64,000 nucleotides of DNA from Thermoplasmata archaeon (GCA_049965815.1 JBMFVV010000005.1:7315-71314), one strand, 5' to 3'. Numbered from the stretch's first letter, positions 11,243 to 21,622 are shown. Translations and numbers: made by a program. Notes: a model not told the origin generated them from the letters alone.

Positions 11243-12303
11243 CCGAGGTTCATTGTCGTCATCTTGATCGTCTCTTCATTTATGCCGTAGTACCTGCTGA
11301 ACACCAGGTTCCTGACGTCCTTCCATTCAGCCTCAGCCCTCATCAGGAATGCTATTATGTTGTTTAAGGAAAGGGATGACATCTCAAGAGTGGATATGAA
11401 CTCCCAGTAGAGGTTGCTGTTCAGCTGCCCCTCCAGTCCTACGAGAGAACCCCTTCTCTTGTAGAAGTCAAGTCCCTTGGAAAGGTCGCTGTACCCCTTC
11501 AGCTTCTGTACCGCTTCTTCCACGGAACCGCTTTTTAGGAGGTCATCCGTTGCCTGTGGAGACAGGCTCCCGCCGGAAATGACGTAATTTGAAATGTTAT
11601 CGGTGGAAGAATACTCTATGCTCTTCAGTATGGTCATTATGTTCTTCACGTCTATCGTCTTCTTGATCAGCCTGTATATAGGTCCCTCGGTCCCAGAATA
11701 AAACCTGAACTTCTCCTTCATCATGTCGTAGTAATATAGGTCCAGTGATAGGAGAAGGGTGGAAATGTTGTTTGATTTCCTGTAATCATCAAGGTACGAC
11801 AGCAGCACCTTTCCGTACCCGAACTTCAGAAGGTATGAAACTATGTCCTCTATCCCGTCCATTGAGAGTATGTTCCTGTAATCATTGTTGTCAAGTAGAC
11901 CGGCAAACATTCCCAGCGGAGCATTGTTCTCCGAAATCAGGTGCTTCTCCGTCTCATCCAGCTTAAGGTTCAGGTTCTTTGAGATCAGGATGGTCTTGAT
12001 GTTGTGCAGGTCCCATTTTATCAGATAAGATACTATGAGATCCTTGCCGTTCTGCGGAGTCACTGAAAGGGAATACTTGTTTATCCGCGATAGGTGATTG
12101 TTGTTCGATGCCTCAAGCAGATCTATGCCCTGGTAATTTGAAGAGTTTGATGAAAAATCGTCCCCGTACCCCCTGTCACCTAGATAGGATATGAAATCTG
12201 CCGGAGTGGATAGTCGGAGCATCTCCTCATAGTCGCTCCTCTTCAGGAACTGTGTTTTTGTGACCTTGAGACTTCCGTACGGGAGGCCATATGCGTTGAG
12301 CAA
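11239..12303 (-). CDS. atpC: A1A0 ATP synthase subunit C (V-type d-subunit homolog)
   Basis: 354 aa, called from its position between atpE and atpF. TTG start; overlaps atpF by 4 nt. Confidence 0.8.
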   Translation of the reverse strand: MLNAYGLPYGSLKVTKTQFLKRSDYEEMLRLSTPADFISYLGDRGYGDDFSSNSSNYQGIDLLEASNNNHLSRINKYSLSVTPQNGKDLIVSYLIKWDLHNIKTILISKNLNLKLDETEKHLISENNAPLGMFAGLLDNNDYRNILSMDGIEDIVSYLLKFGYGKVLLSYLDDYRKSNNISTLLLSLDLYYYDMMKEKFRFYSGTEGPIYRLIKKTIDVKNIMTILKSIEYSSTDNISNYVISGGSLSPQATDDLLKSGSVEEAVQKLKGYSDLSKGLDFYKRRGSLVGLEGQLNSNLYWEFISTLEMSSLSLNNIIAFLMRAEAEWKDVRNLVFSRYYGINEETIKMTTMNLG

Positions 12304-12307
12304 ATAA

Positions 12308-12874
12308 TCACCTGATCGAATCCCTGGCTATTTTCAGAATCTTCTCTCTCTTGCTCCTCAGAATCTCCGTGAATGTCAGGTCGACCATGACCTTTCCGTC
12401 TGCAGATGTTACAACAACTCCACCTAGTTCGTCCATCCCCTTCTGGATCATCGTTATGGGAAGGCCCATTTCTTTGAATTTTTGGATATCCCTGGGATCG
12501 ACATATGCAATGGATCCTGGTCCCAAAGCCCTGTGAGCATCTTCTATCTTCCTCATCAGGAAATCGTAATACCTAGATGATCCCCTGAATCCTGAAATGC
12601 CTTCGGTGAGTTTTGAAAGATAATCGTTTTCAATCTCCTCAATGGACCTCTCAAGTTTCATCCTTCCCTCCAGGGTGGATGAGGATATCATCCTCTTTCT
12701 CAGGGCATCTGCATCCTCAGCAGCTTTCTTGCTGAAAGAGGAAGAGATTGCCTCGACTTCCTTCTGTGCCTCTGAAAGAATTTTCTCCGCCTCTTTTTTA
12801 CCTTCAGAAGTCAGAGTATCCTCTTCCTTAAGGGTCTCCGTTTCTATTCTCTTGAGGATCTCGTCTAGCGACAT
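12308..12874 (-). CDS. atpE: A1A0 ATP synthase subunit E (peripheral stalk)
   Basis: 188 aa with a charged coiled-coil N-terminus followed by a globular C-terminus. It lies directly after atpK. Confidence 0.8.
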   Translation of the reverse strand: MSLDEILKRIETETLKEEDTLTSEGKKEAEKILSEAQKEVEAISSSFSKKAAEDADALRKRMISSSTLEGRMKLERSIEEIENDYLSKLTEGISGFRGSSRYYDFLMRKIEDAHRALGPGSIAYVDPRDIQKFKEMGLPITMIQKGMDELGGVVVTSADGKVMVDLTFTEILRSKREKILKIARDSIR

Positions 12875-12878
12875 ATGT

Positions 12879-13112
12879 TCACAGTATGCCGAGCAGCAGG
12901 ATCAATCCCAGGACAAATCCGATTATCCACAGGGTCTCAGGTATAACGAAAAAGAACAGAACTTGACCGAATTTTTCCGGTTTTTCTGCTATGACCCCCA
13001 TACCTGAAGCACCTATACCGCTTTGTGCCATACCTGTACCTATGAGGCCGCCAGCCATCACAATTGACGCGGCGATGGCAAGAAGTGCATCAGTCGTAGT
13101 AACTACAACCAT
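12879..13112 (-). CDS. atpK: A1A0 ATP synthase proteolipid subunit K (c subunit, single hairpin)
   Basis: I trimmed the track ORF (which would run into tRNA-Gly) to the internal ATG at 13112. This gives 77 aa with two TM helices and the conserved carboxylate in VIPETLWI. Confidence 0.85.
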   Translation of the reverse strand: MVVVTTTDALLAIAASIVMAGGLIGTGMAQSGIGASGMGVIAEKPEKFGQVLFFFVIPETLWIIGFVLGLILLLGIL

Positions 13113-13138
13113 TGATATCGACACTGCATAATCGAGAG

Positions 13139-13146
13139 AATAAAAG
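13139..13146 (-). promoter_or_regulatory. Putative TATA box for the ATP synthase operon (near-leaderless)
   Basis: The minus strand reads CTTTTATT, followed by 26 nt and then the atpK ATG. This spacing fits an archaeal TATA at about -26/-30 with a short or absent leader. Confidence 0.3.
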
Positions 13147-13245
13147 TATTTTGCAGATTTATGTGCAGTGAAAGATTCGCCATTGCAAAAAGGCGTTGTC
13201 AAATCAGGATAAGTTGAAATATGCGGAGAAATTTTCTTGTTCACA

Positions 13246-13316
13246 GCGAGTGTAGTGTAGCGGTAGCACAAAAGCTTCCCAAGCTTTTAACCCGGGTCCG
13301 AATCCCGGCACTCGCA
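13246..13316 (+). tRNA. tRNA-Gly (CCC)
   Basis: Hand-folded cloverleaf: acceptor GCGAGTG/CACTCGC, anticodon stem AAAGC/GCTTT, loop TTCCCAA, T-arm CCGGG-TCCGAAT-CCCGG, discriminator A. Confidence 0.9.
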
Positions 13317-13476
13317 TTTTAAATGCTTCAAGAAATCCCATTTCTGATGTGAAATATAGCAACGGAAAGCGTGAGAAAATTGAAGGTGCAATTGATTCCA
13401 TAATTTGACGTGAAGCATATTTACAGCCAACCATTTTCGCGTGACAAATCAGTACAAGCATTAATATAATGACGCA

Positions 13477-14745
13477 ATGAAGATTTTCGTGTTCAGTGAC
13501 TCCCAGGAGAAGATAGATGCTTCATTCAGGTTTCTGCTCATTTCCCGGTCTGCGAGGAGCATCTCCCTCATCTTCGTCACGCTAGCATTCTCTCTTTACC
13601 TGAGTAAACTGGGTTACGGCGTGGTGTTCATTGGACTGATATTCATACCGATCATACTGTTCAACATGGTCTTCTCCCTCATCCTTGGGGTCCTGGGGGA
13701 CAGGATAGGATACGGCAAGGCGCTGATCGTTGGAGAGGTTCTTCCCCTGATAGGACTGGCAGGTCTTGCAGCCTCCACTAACATCTACGTAATTGCAACA
13801 TCTGCAATCATAACGGGCATAACTGGAACAGCTGGAGGAATGAGGGGGGCGTTTTCTCCTGGAACAACAGCTTTCGTCGCAAGCAACTGGCCTGACGAAA
13901 TCAACAGGGTACACAGAATTGCAAGGATGAGCGTGGTTGCTTCCCTTTCTTCAATAGTGGGCAGCCTCTTCCTTGTTTCGCATGGATATCTCACCCCGTA
14001 CTTCGGGACGATAGGCACGTTCCGTTTCTTATTTGGAATTTCGTTCGTCATCCTTCTCGTATCATTCGTATCCCTGCTATTCCTGAAGGAGAGGAAGAGG
14101 CCAAAGAAGACAAGCATGGTGATGAAGAGGGAGAGTCTTTCCTATCTCCTCAGGGTACTCTGGCCAAACCTGATAAACGGTGCAGCTATAGGAATGTTCT
14201 CCCCCCTCCTGCCGCTATGGTTTGAGCTGAGGTTCCACATATCCGTATCGGCAGTAGGTGACGTTTTCACCATCGCATATGCTGCTACGGCTCTGGGTTC
14301 ATACATATCTGGCCGGTATCTCAACTCCGTAAGCATTAGGGCGATAACTGTTTCTTCCGTCACCAGACTGTTCCAGGGTCTGATTCTTGTGTTGATGGCC
14401 TTCTCCCCCTTGGGAATAATAGCTTTCGGCCTTTACACGGTCAGGAGTGCTGTCGCCGGGATGGGGACGCCCATGAGGACTGCAATAAATGTCAGGGGAA
14501 TTGGGAACGAAGACTACGGTACTGCATCCAGCCTGCAGGGCGTAGCTACCAGAGCCTCACAGAGCACGTCAGGTCTCTCAGGATACCTTATGGACGCATA
14601 CCTCCCTTCAACACTCTTCATAGGGGGTGCCCTCCAGATGATAGGTGGGGTGGTATACTACAGCGTCATAAGGAGCTGGGAGAAGCAGCGTGATGCTGTT
14701 GACGATAAGGGAAATAAGGGCGGAATTCCACCGTCTGAAAAATAG
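13477..14745 (+). CDS. MFS transporter
   Basis: 422 aa, about 12 TM segments, with the MFS-type loop motif GVLGDRIGYGK. Confidence 0.75.
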   Translation: MKIFVFSDSQEKIDASFRFLLISRSARSISLIFVTLAFSLYLSKLGYGVVFIGLIFIPIILFNMVFSLILGVLGDRIGYGKALIVGEVLPLIGLAGLAASTNIYVIATSAIITGITGTAGGMRGAFSPGTTAFVASNWPDEINRVHRIARMSVVASLSSIVGSLFLVSHGYLTPYFGTIGTFRFLFGISFVILLVSFVSLLFLKERKRPKKTSMVMKRESLSYLLRVLWPNLINGAAIGMFSPLLPLWFELRFHISVSAVGDVFTIAYAATALGSYISGRYLNSVSIRAITVSSVTRLFQGLILVLMAFSPLGIIAFGLYTVRSAVAGMGTPMRTAINVRGIGNEDYGTASSLQGVATRASQSTSGLSGYLMDAYLPSTLFIGGALQMIGGVVYYSVIRSWEKQRDAVDDKGNKGGIPPSEK

Positions 14746-14788
14746 TGAAATGAGAAGAGAAGCATTTCATGTTCGTCAACACAAAAAA

Positions 14789-14798
14789 CTTTTAATTT
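14789..14798 (+). promoter_or_regulatory. Putative TATA box of the peroxiredoxin gene
   Basis: CTTTTAATTT is centred about 25 nt upstream of the ATG at 14818, which suggests a leaderless transcript. Confidence 0.3.
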
Positions 14799-14817
14799 GA
14801 AGTTACATAAATTAGCA

Positions 14818-15477
14818 ATGTCAGACGAAGTAATTGCAACATCAACCATACCGAAGATCGGAGAGATTGCACCAGAATTTCAGGCAAATTCTTCAAAGGG
14901 GCCGATATCCCTCAGGGATTTCAGGGGAAAGTGGGTGATACTTTTCTCTCACCCTGCGGACTTCACACCAGTATGCACGACGGAATTCATTGAATTCGCA
15001 AAGAAGTACGATGAGTTCGAGAAGAGGAATGCACAGCTCATAGGGTTGAGCATAGATTCTGTATATTCGCACATAGCTTGGCTGCTGCAGATGGAGAAGA
15101 TGTACGGAGTCGAAGTGAAGTTTCCCGTGATAGCTGACCTGGACATGAACGTTTCACACCTCTACGGACTCATACACGAGCATTCAAGCAAAACAAGCAC
15201 TGTGAGGGCTGTCTTCTTCATTGACCCTGAAGGGGTGGTGAGAGCACTCATCTACTACCCGGCAAGCACTGGCAGGAACATAGACGAGATACTGAGGGTT
15301 CTCGATTCACTGACGTATGCGGATTCGTTCATCATAGCAACGCCGGCCAACTGGAAGGTGGGGGATGACGTGATAGTTCCTCAACCCGCAACACTTCAGG
15401 CGGCAAAGGACAGGCTGAAGGACAAGAATCTCAACGTCAAGGACTGGTTCCTCGCAATAAAGAAGTCTCCGAAGTGA
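14818..15477 (+). CDS. Peroxiredoxin (Prx, thiol peroxidase)
   Basis: Peroxidatic Cys motif DFTPVCTTE and strong Prx family resemblance. I moved the start from the track's TTG (14797) to the ATG at 14818. Confidence 0.9.
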   Translation: MSDEVIATSTIPKIGEIAPEFQANSSKGPISLRDFRGKWVILFSHPADFTPVCTTEFIEFAKKYDEFEKRNAQLIGLSIDSVYSHIAWLLQMEKMYGVEVKFPVIADLDMNVSHLYGLIHEHSSKTSTVRAVFFIDPEGVVRALIYYPASTGRNIDEILRVLDSLTYADSFIIATPANWKVGDDVIVPQPATLQAAKDRLKDKNLNVKDWFLAIKKSPK

Positions 15478-15535
15478 TCTTCTAATTTTATTATTCTTTA
15501 TTTTTACCTGCAAAGACAATGAGATACAGTAATAT

Positions 15536-16087
15536 GTGTTTTCATATTCACAGATGATCATGGCAGAAAACAATCCGCACGTGAGAAGATTTCATGGAAG
15601 AAGGCCATTCGACATTAACGATGAGGCCGTGGTGGACTTTCTCGATATCAGGAAGGGGATGAAAGTGCTGGACGTTGGAGGAGCAGACGGATACTATTCT
15701 GTGAAGATTGCAGCGAGGGGTGCGGACGTGACGCTCATAGATGCTCACGACTACAATTTCAAAGAACTGAATAAGGCAGGGATCAAGACGATAGTGAAGG
15801 ATTTCTGCAGCTTCAATGACAGTAAGTTCGACCTTTTATTCATGGCACATGTTTACCATGACCTCTTTTACCTTTGCGATGGAAGAACACTGGAAAACAT
15901 CTCCAAGATCACAAGGAGATACGTAGCAAACCTTGATTTCACGAAGGAGGATTTTGGGTTCGGTCCGCCTGTCAGCATAAGGCTGGATAAGGGAGAGGTG
16001 GTGGAGCACATGAAATCAATAGGATTCAGGCTGAAGAAGGATATGGATATACCTTATCACTATGTGCAGCTGTTCGAGAGGGAATGA
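15536..16087 (+). CDS. SAM-dependent methyltransferase (class I)
   Basis: Motif I VLDVGGADGYYS. 183 aa; the start codon is uncertain. Confidence 0.7.
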   Translation: MFSYSQMIMAENNPHVRRFHGRRPFDINDEAVVDFLDIRKGMKVLDVGGADGYYSVKIAARGADVTLIDAHDYNFKELNKAGIKTIVKDFCSFNDSKFDLLFMAHVYHDLFYLCDGRTLENISKITRRYVANLDFTKEDFGFGPPVSIRLDKGEVVEHMKSIGFRLKKDMDIPYHYVQLFERE

Positions 16088-16197
16088 TCTTCAATACTTA
16101 ATCCGCTCCCATGGGTCTTCATGAAAGAACGACAAGAGTTATACCCAAACGGATTGGAAAGATTAAATACTCGCTATAAATATTAAAAAGATACAAT

Positions 16198-16452
16198 ATG
16201 GAGACTGACGTCACCAATCTCATTGGGCTTGAAATTTTCAGCGACAAGGGTTACAGGCTGGGCAGTGTTAACGACGTTATTGTCGATTTTGATTCCCAAA
16301 CAATTTATGGGCTGTACGTGGAAAGAACTAACGACGGACTGGTCGAAGATGGCGTTTCCGTACTGGTCCCATACAGGTGGGTAAGGGCGGTAGGGGATGT
16401 CATAATCCTCAAGAGATTCCCCACATTCGTATCTGTTTCAACAACAGAATAA
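16198..16452 (+). CDS. PRC-barrel domain protein
   Basis: 84 aa. The pattern LIGLEIFSDKGYRLGSVNDVIVDFDSQTIYGL is typical of archaeal PRC-barrel proteins. Confidence 0.6.
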   Translation: METDVTNLIGLEIFSDKGYRLGSVNDVIVDFDSQTIYGLYVERTNDGLVEDGVSVLVPYRWVRAVGDVIILKRFPTFVSVSTTE

Positions 16453-16496
16453 GCATCAATTTTTCTTCGTTCATTGCTGCTTCTGTACTTGGGAGT

Positions 16497-18188
16497 TCAC
16501 GGATGAGTGAAGTAGCCGACTCTATCGTTCAATATATTCACGTAACCGTACCTCTCGAACTGGTGAACAGTATTGATATAGTTGAGCGCATCCTTCTCCA
16601 GCAGTCCACTGTCTGTTGAGCCATCAGGTTTCAGGATTTGGAATGGAATTCCGTTCCCTGAAAGCCAGTGGATGATCGGTACCTTACCCAGGGGCCGATT
16701 GGTATTCCATTTCTGCACGTCCTCGTTTATGCTCTCACCCAGATATTCTATCCTTTTACCATCTATCTTGAAGTACCCGAGGTCCTTCAGCCGCACAAGT
16801 TCTCCGTTGAACTTCTGGAAATCCTGTGAAGCTACGACTATCTCCCCTTTGCGGACTTCGTAATGCCTCTTCTTCTGGTCATCTGATTTACCTGCCTGCG
16901 GGAAGAGTGGAATGTCAGCAGTCAGCACTCCATCGAAATCAAATTCCAGGGATACGGGATCGTTTATGAAGAAGTGCCTTGGAGACCTTCCATCAATGAT
17001 CTTCCTGTTGAATGAATAGAATATCTCCCAGGAGAACGTTGTGTCAACGCTTCCAATCCCGGACTCTATGTAATATTTCCTTATGGCAAGTGGATCGAAA
17101 CCCCTCTTCTTCAGCGCCAGCAGCGTTCCCAGCTTAGGGTCGTCCCATCCTGAATATTCCCCATTCCTTATACCCTTCTTTATCAGGGACGTTTTGAGTA
17201 TCGCGTGCTCTATGGATACCTTGCCGTAGTGAAGGTAGTAAGGCATCTTCCAGTTCCTGTAACTGAATATGTACTTCTGCTTCTCAGTATTCGCAGTATG
17301 GTCCTTCCCCCTTATAACGTGCGTGAGCCCCAGGTAGTGGTCGTCAACTGCAACAGAGAAATTCATCATGGGATATGCCTTGTACTTGTCACCCTCCAGC
17401 GGATGTGGGGTGTCAACTATCCTGAACGCTATGAAGTCCCTGATCGCAGGATTGGGGTGATTTAGGTCTGTTTTCACTACCGCATAGACCTCCCCCTTCT
17501 CATACTCACCAGCGACCATCTTAGTCCATCTCTCAAGGTTCTCCTCTGGGGGGTCGTCCCTCTCCCTGATCGGCATTCCCATCTGCTTCTTTGCCTTGAA
17601 CTCCTCTGTGGGTGTGGTTGCGACGTACGCCTTGCCCATCTCTATGAGCTTTTCCATCTCATCGTAATATATGTTGAATCTCTTTGATTGTATCACCAGA
17701 TCAGTGAAATTCACCTCTAGCCATCGAAGGTCGTCCTGTATCATCTGGTAAGCATCCAGTTCAATGTTCGCAGGATTTGTGTCCTCTATCCTCAGTATCA
17801 GCTTCCCTCCGTACCTCCTGAAGTATTCGTCGTTGAGAATGGACATCCTAGCATGGCCGATATGAAGGGGTCCTGATGGTGAGGGGGCAAGCCTCATGAC
17901 AACACCATCCTTTCCGATGTCTGGAAGATCAGGAAGTTTCTTCTCCTCTTCCTTCTGTGTAGTCACAAGCAGTTCAGGGAAGTCCCTCTGTACTATGTTC
18001 TTCATCTCCTCCTTCGTAAGGGAATTGACTTCATCCACCACTTCCCTTATCATTGGAATAAGGGACTTGAGGTTCTTGCGTTCCTGGGGGAACAGACCGA
18101 CTGTCTTGGAAACTACAGAGTTGAAGTCAGCCTTCCCATCATGCTCAAGCGCGTTGAAACACGCTATTGCCCTTATCTTTTCTCTCAC
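16497..18188 (-). CDS. gltX: Glutamyl-tRNA synthetase (archaeal type)
   Basis: 563 aa with the class I HIGH motif PSGPLHIGHAR and an archaeal GluRS N-terminus (ACFNALEHDGKA). Confidence 0.9.
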   Translation of the reverse strand: MREKIRAIACFNALEHDGKADFNSVVSKTVGLFPQERKNLKSLIPMIREVVDEVNSLTKEEMKNIVQRDFPELLVTTQKEEEKKLPDLPDIGKDGVVMRLAPSPSGPLHIGHARMSILNDEYFRRYGGKLILRIEDTNPANIELDAYQMIQDDLRWLEVNFTDLVIQSKRFNIYYDEMEKLIEMGKAYVATTPTEEFKAKKQMGMPIRERDDPPEENLERWTKMVAGEYEKGEVYAVVKTDLNHPNPAIRDFIAFRIVDTPHPLEGDKYKAYPMMNFSVAVDDHYLGLTHVIRGKDHTANTEKQKYIFSYRNWKMPYYLHYGKVSIEHAILKTSLIKKGIRNGEYSGWDDPKLGTLLALKKRGFDPLAIRKYYIESGIGSVDTTFSWEIFYSFNRKIIDGRSPRHFFINDPVSLEFDFDGVLTADIPLFPQAGKSDDQKKRHYEVRKGEIVVASQDFQKFNGELVRLKDLGYFKIDGKRIEYLGESINEDVQKWNTNRPLGKVPIIHWLSGNGIPFQILKPDGSTDSGLLEKDALNYINTVHQFERYGYVNILNDRVGYFTHP

Positions 18189-19128
18189 GTATGTTCTCCT
18201 CCATCTTCTTCTTCAGCTCTTCTATCCCCTCACCAGTTGCACATGAAATCTTGATGTTGTCGCTGTCCGTCTTTTCCACATCAACCTTGTTTTCAACAAT
18301 GAGAACGTTCTTCCCAAGATCCTTCAGGGAATCACAGAGCTTCTTCTGCTCTTCAAGCCTGTAGCCGCACTCCTCTGATGGGTCCATCATGCACACAACG
18401 AGATTCCCAATATTCTCTATCGCAGCAAGGGCGACGCGCTCTATGGTGTTGTGGTTCTTCCTGTTCAATAGACCCGGCACGTCGAGAACCTCATATATGC
18501 TCGTTCCCATCTTCATCATTCCAACATTAATGCTCTTTGTAGTGAAAGGGTAGTCGGCGATTTCAGGCGTGAGGTTTGTTAGCTTGGATATGAGTGAAGA
18601 CTTTCCCACGTTCGGGAAACCGGCTATGATGATTATCTTCATCTCCCTGCTCACCTGCGGCACCTTCTTCAGCGCCTCCCTGGCTTCCCTGAGGAATGAG
18701 AGCGATTCATCCATGTCCTCTATGACGGATGAAAATCTTCCGTAAAAGGAAGACCTGAATCTCGCTATCACAGTCATATTGGGCGCCTTCTTTATCCCCC
18801 TTATGGAATTTGTTGCAAGTTCTGTTATCTTTGTCCTTGCCCACCTGAGATTGTTGAGCGATCTCTCATATTCCCTGCCGTTGACCATTATGAACAGGAC
18901 ATCTCTCTCGAACTGGTCCAGGTCATCGAATTTTGGGAAACCATCGTACACCCTCCCCAGTGCCTTCTTGGCAGTCGCCTCCATGAGCTTTATCTTCTGT
19001 ATGGAAACGGACTTCAGCTTGTTCAGGAAGCTTGGAAGGTATATGTTCTGTACCTTGTTCACTCCCTTGAAGCTCCTCTCTATTATCTCCTTGGAATCCG
19101 GGACTGTTGGAATCCTTTCTGGTATCAC
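18145..19128 (-). CDS. NOG1-like GTP-binding protein
   Basis: G1 GFPNVGKSS, G3 DVPGLL, G4 NKVD. The N-terminal helical NOG1-type region precedes the G domain. Confidence 0.8.
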   Translation of the reverse strand: MIPERIPTVPDSKEIIERSFKGVNKVQNIYLPSFLNKLKSVSIQKIKLMEATAKKALGRVYDGFPKFDDLDQFERDVLFIMVNGREYERSLNNLRWARTKITELATNSIRGIKKAPNMTVIARFRSSFYGRFSSVIEDMDESLSFLREAREALKKVPQVSREMKIIIIAGFPNVGKSSLISKLTNLTPEIADYPFTTKSINVGMMKMGTSIYEVLDVPGLLNRKNHNTIERVALAAIENIGNLVVCMMDPSEECGYRLEEQKKLCDSLKDLGKNVLIVENKVDVEKTDSDNIKISCATGEGIEELKKKMEENIRERKDKGNSVFQRA

Positions 19129-20699
19129 AGCATGACCTCTTGTATGTCCAGTTCACCCATAACGACAGGCATCTTTATTCCTATGTTCCTCAGTACTCGA
19201 GGGTGGACTTCTCCGAAGAATCCTATCTTCCTTTCTCCTATCCTGATGCCGGCCACTCTTCCCGGAGCGTACATGGCCTGCTCGTCCCTTGTTATCTCAT
19301 ATCTCTCTATCCCAAGGTCCTCTAGAACGCCTACGAAAATGCCCTTGATCTCTGAGAAGGATGCAGTCCTGTCCGCTATACCGATGCCCAGAACGTCCTT
19401 CTCTTTCCCTTCCTGGAACACGGTACCAATCTCGAATATCCTCTGTGGGTACGGATTGCGGAAATTGTTCATGAACGTCTGCATTAGTGAAGGGGACATC
19501 CTTGTCCTGACCATGTCCTGTTCCTGGCTCACGGGGTTCAGTATTTCCATGGCGTCGTCGTTGAACCCGTATATTGCCATGTACCTCTTGTTCACCAGTA
19601 CGCTGCTAACGCTCTCATTCAGATCATAACCCACCAAGAGATGCCTGAGCTTGCTCTCTATGGACCTCAGTGAGTCAGCCTTCCCATAGCTAACAAAACC
19701 TTCCTTCCTCCTCTGTACTCTGTCGTAGCCCAGCCCCTTGAAAATATCCTCTATGACATCAATATCCGCTATAATGTCAGTCCTGTAGAGTGGTATCACA
19801 ACGCTGTCTCCATTGAACCCGTAACCCATCCTCTCTAGGGAGGAGTGGATTTCCTGCTCAGGAAGATCATATCCCAGCATCTTTCTTATGGACTGCCTCG
19901 AGATGTTCTTTTCCTGGTAAATTATTTCAGGAACTGTCTTCCCATTCATCCTGAGGGTGGAAATTGTCCCTGCAGGGTAGGAGAGTGCTGTTAACATTAG
20001 GATCATGGTCCTGTCAGCAGCATTCTGGTTAGTGCCCTCGACATCCACCAGTATGTCCTCCGTATCTTCTGTCACCGTAGTTATGGATGAGTTGAGTATT
20101 GGCGGCAGGGAGAATATGCGTCCTTCAGAATCAATTAGAGCAGGTATATTATCTGGAACAAGGTCGCCATATTCCAGTGCTTTCTGATTGCTTTTCATGA
20201 AATCGGTTATCTGCACTTCCTCCTTTTCACCGAGTGGAATGAACATCTTGTCCCTCGTGACTTCCCTGTAGGTGATTGGAAATTTTACCTTCTTAAGGTC
20301 GTGGAGTCCTATTGACGACAGCTTCCTGTTTCTGCCAATTGTCAGGTGTATCTTCTCCTGGAAATCTATTATATCCTTGATGAAGTTCCTTACCCGGACC
20401 CCTCGGACAATTCCCACGGAAAAATACGGCCTGTAGGCAGGCGGATACGAATTCACTTCAACTTCCTCGTTCCTTATATCCTGCTTTGTGAAGTGTTCCA
20501 GTCCTTCAAAGGTCCTTATGGCCCTGCTTACCCCCTGTATGGAGTATAGGTCCGGCCGATCGGGATTGAATTCCATGACTATGTCACCTTCCTCCTTCCT
20601 GGCCTCCCCTCCAAGGAGCCATGGAACTTTCAAGAGCCTCTCCTCTGTCACTCCTGTGATATCTGAAAGTTTCTTCTCATCAAATCTGACTAATACCAT
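19125..20699 (-). CDS. pheT: Phenylalanyl-tRNA synthetase beta subunit
   Basis: 524 aa with archaeal PheT-like organisation. It overlaps the downstream GTPase gene by 4 nt. Confidence 0.85.
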   Translation of the reverse strand: MVLVRFDEKKLSDITGVTEERLLKVPWLLGGEARKEEGDIVMEFNPDRPDLYSIQGVSRAIRTFEGLEHFTKQDIRNEEVEVNSYPPAYRPYFSVGIVRGVRVRNFIKDIIDFQEKIHLTIGRNRKLSSIGLHDLKKVKFPITYREVTRDKMFIPLGEKEEVQITDFMKSNQKALEYGDLVPDNIPALIDSEGRIFSLPPILNSSITTVTEDTEDILVDVEGTNQNAADRTMILMLTALSYPAGTISTLRMNGKTVPEIIYQEKNISRQSIRKMLGYDLPEQEIHSSLERMGYGFNGDSVVIPLYRTDIIADIDVIEDIFKGLGYDRVQRRKEGFVSYGKADSLRSIESKLRHLLVGYDLNESVSSVLVNKRYMAIYGFNDDAMEILNPVSQEQDMVRTRMSPSLMQTFMNNFRNPYPQRIFEIGTVFQEGKEKDVLGIGIADRTASFSEIKGIFVGVLEDLGIERYEITRDEQAMYAPGRVAGIRIGERKIGFFGEVHPRVLRNIGIKMPVVMGELDIQEVML

Positions 20700-20944
20700 T
20701 CAGGAAGGGATATGGAATCGCTATTTATAACTAAGGAGATTTGCTATTATCGAGCAGCGGCATTAAGCTAGTTTGATTGTTCTATTTTTGAATTATCAGA
20801 TCCATAAGTCTTGAAATGATCAAAGAATGGATTCTATTGCGTATAAATACTTCTATCGGCTCTTGCAAGGATAAAATGTCAGGATTCAACTACCAAAAAA
20901 GTATTTATTAACTCAAACGTTGCCGATAGAAGAGATGGTAGTGT

Positions 20945-21622
20945 TTGGCTAAGGAGAAAACAAGCAGAGTCGCAGCAAAGAAAGTGAAGGACAAGTGGAA
21001 GGCAAAGAGCTGGTATACTATACTCGCAAACGAGTCGTATGGAAAGAAGGAGATAGGGAGTTCACCAGCATCATCACCAGAAGAGATGGTGGGAAGGATA
21101 GCAGAGGCATCTCTTTCTGATATTACTGGAGATTACAAGCAGAGTCACGTTAAATTATTTTTCAGGGTAATCAAGACTGAGGGTAATAGGGCATTCACAG
21201 AGTTCGAGGGGCATGAGATAAACCAGGACTATATTAGAAGGATGATCAGGAGGAGGAAGACAAGGATTGACCTTGTCGTGAATACAGTCACTTCTGACAA
21301 CATCAACCTCAGGATAAAGCCAATAGTCGTAGTGGACAGGAAGGTCATAAACAACGTGGAGACTGGAATAAGGAACAAGGTAGCAGAATTTTTGAAGGCA
21401 AAGGTGAAGGAACAGACGTTCACACAGTTTGTCGTATACATGCTTTCAACACAGATTTACAACGACCTTTATGAACAGATAAAGGTCATCTATCCGGCAA
21501 AGAAGATTGAGATAAGGAGTTCGGAAGTTTTCGAGCCAACAAAGGAAATAAAGCGTGAAGAGAAGGTAGAAGCGGAGCCGGTGGAAGAAGAGGAAGAAGA
21601 GTCTGAAGCCGGGGTAGCTTAG
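20945..21622 (+). CDS. rps3ae: 30S ribosomal protein S3Ae (eS1) with an acidic C-terminal tail
   Basis: N-terminus KVKDKWKAKSWYTILA is typical of S3Ae. TTG start. The last 15 nt, including the stop, overlap the tRNA-Met gene. Confidence 0.85.
   Translation: MAKEKTSRVAAKKVKDKWKAKSWYTILANESYGKKEIGSSPASSPEEMVGRIAEASLSDITGDYKQSHVKLFFRVIKTEGNRAFTEFEGHEINQDYIRRMIRRRKTRIDLVVNTVTSDNINLRIKPIVVVDRKVINNVETGIRNKVAEFLKAKVKEQTFTQFVVYMLSTQIYNDLYEQIKVIYPAKKIEIRSSEVFEPTKEIKREEKVEAEPVEEEEEESEAGVA

Noticed and set aside
13204-13461. 85-aa ORF, and the N-terminal extension of the atpK ORF (up to 13271), both overlapping tRNA-Gly.
   Set aside because: Both run through the tRNA-Gly(CCC) gene. The proteolipid has a good internal ATG at 13112 that gives a canonical 77-aa c subunit.
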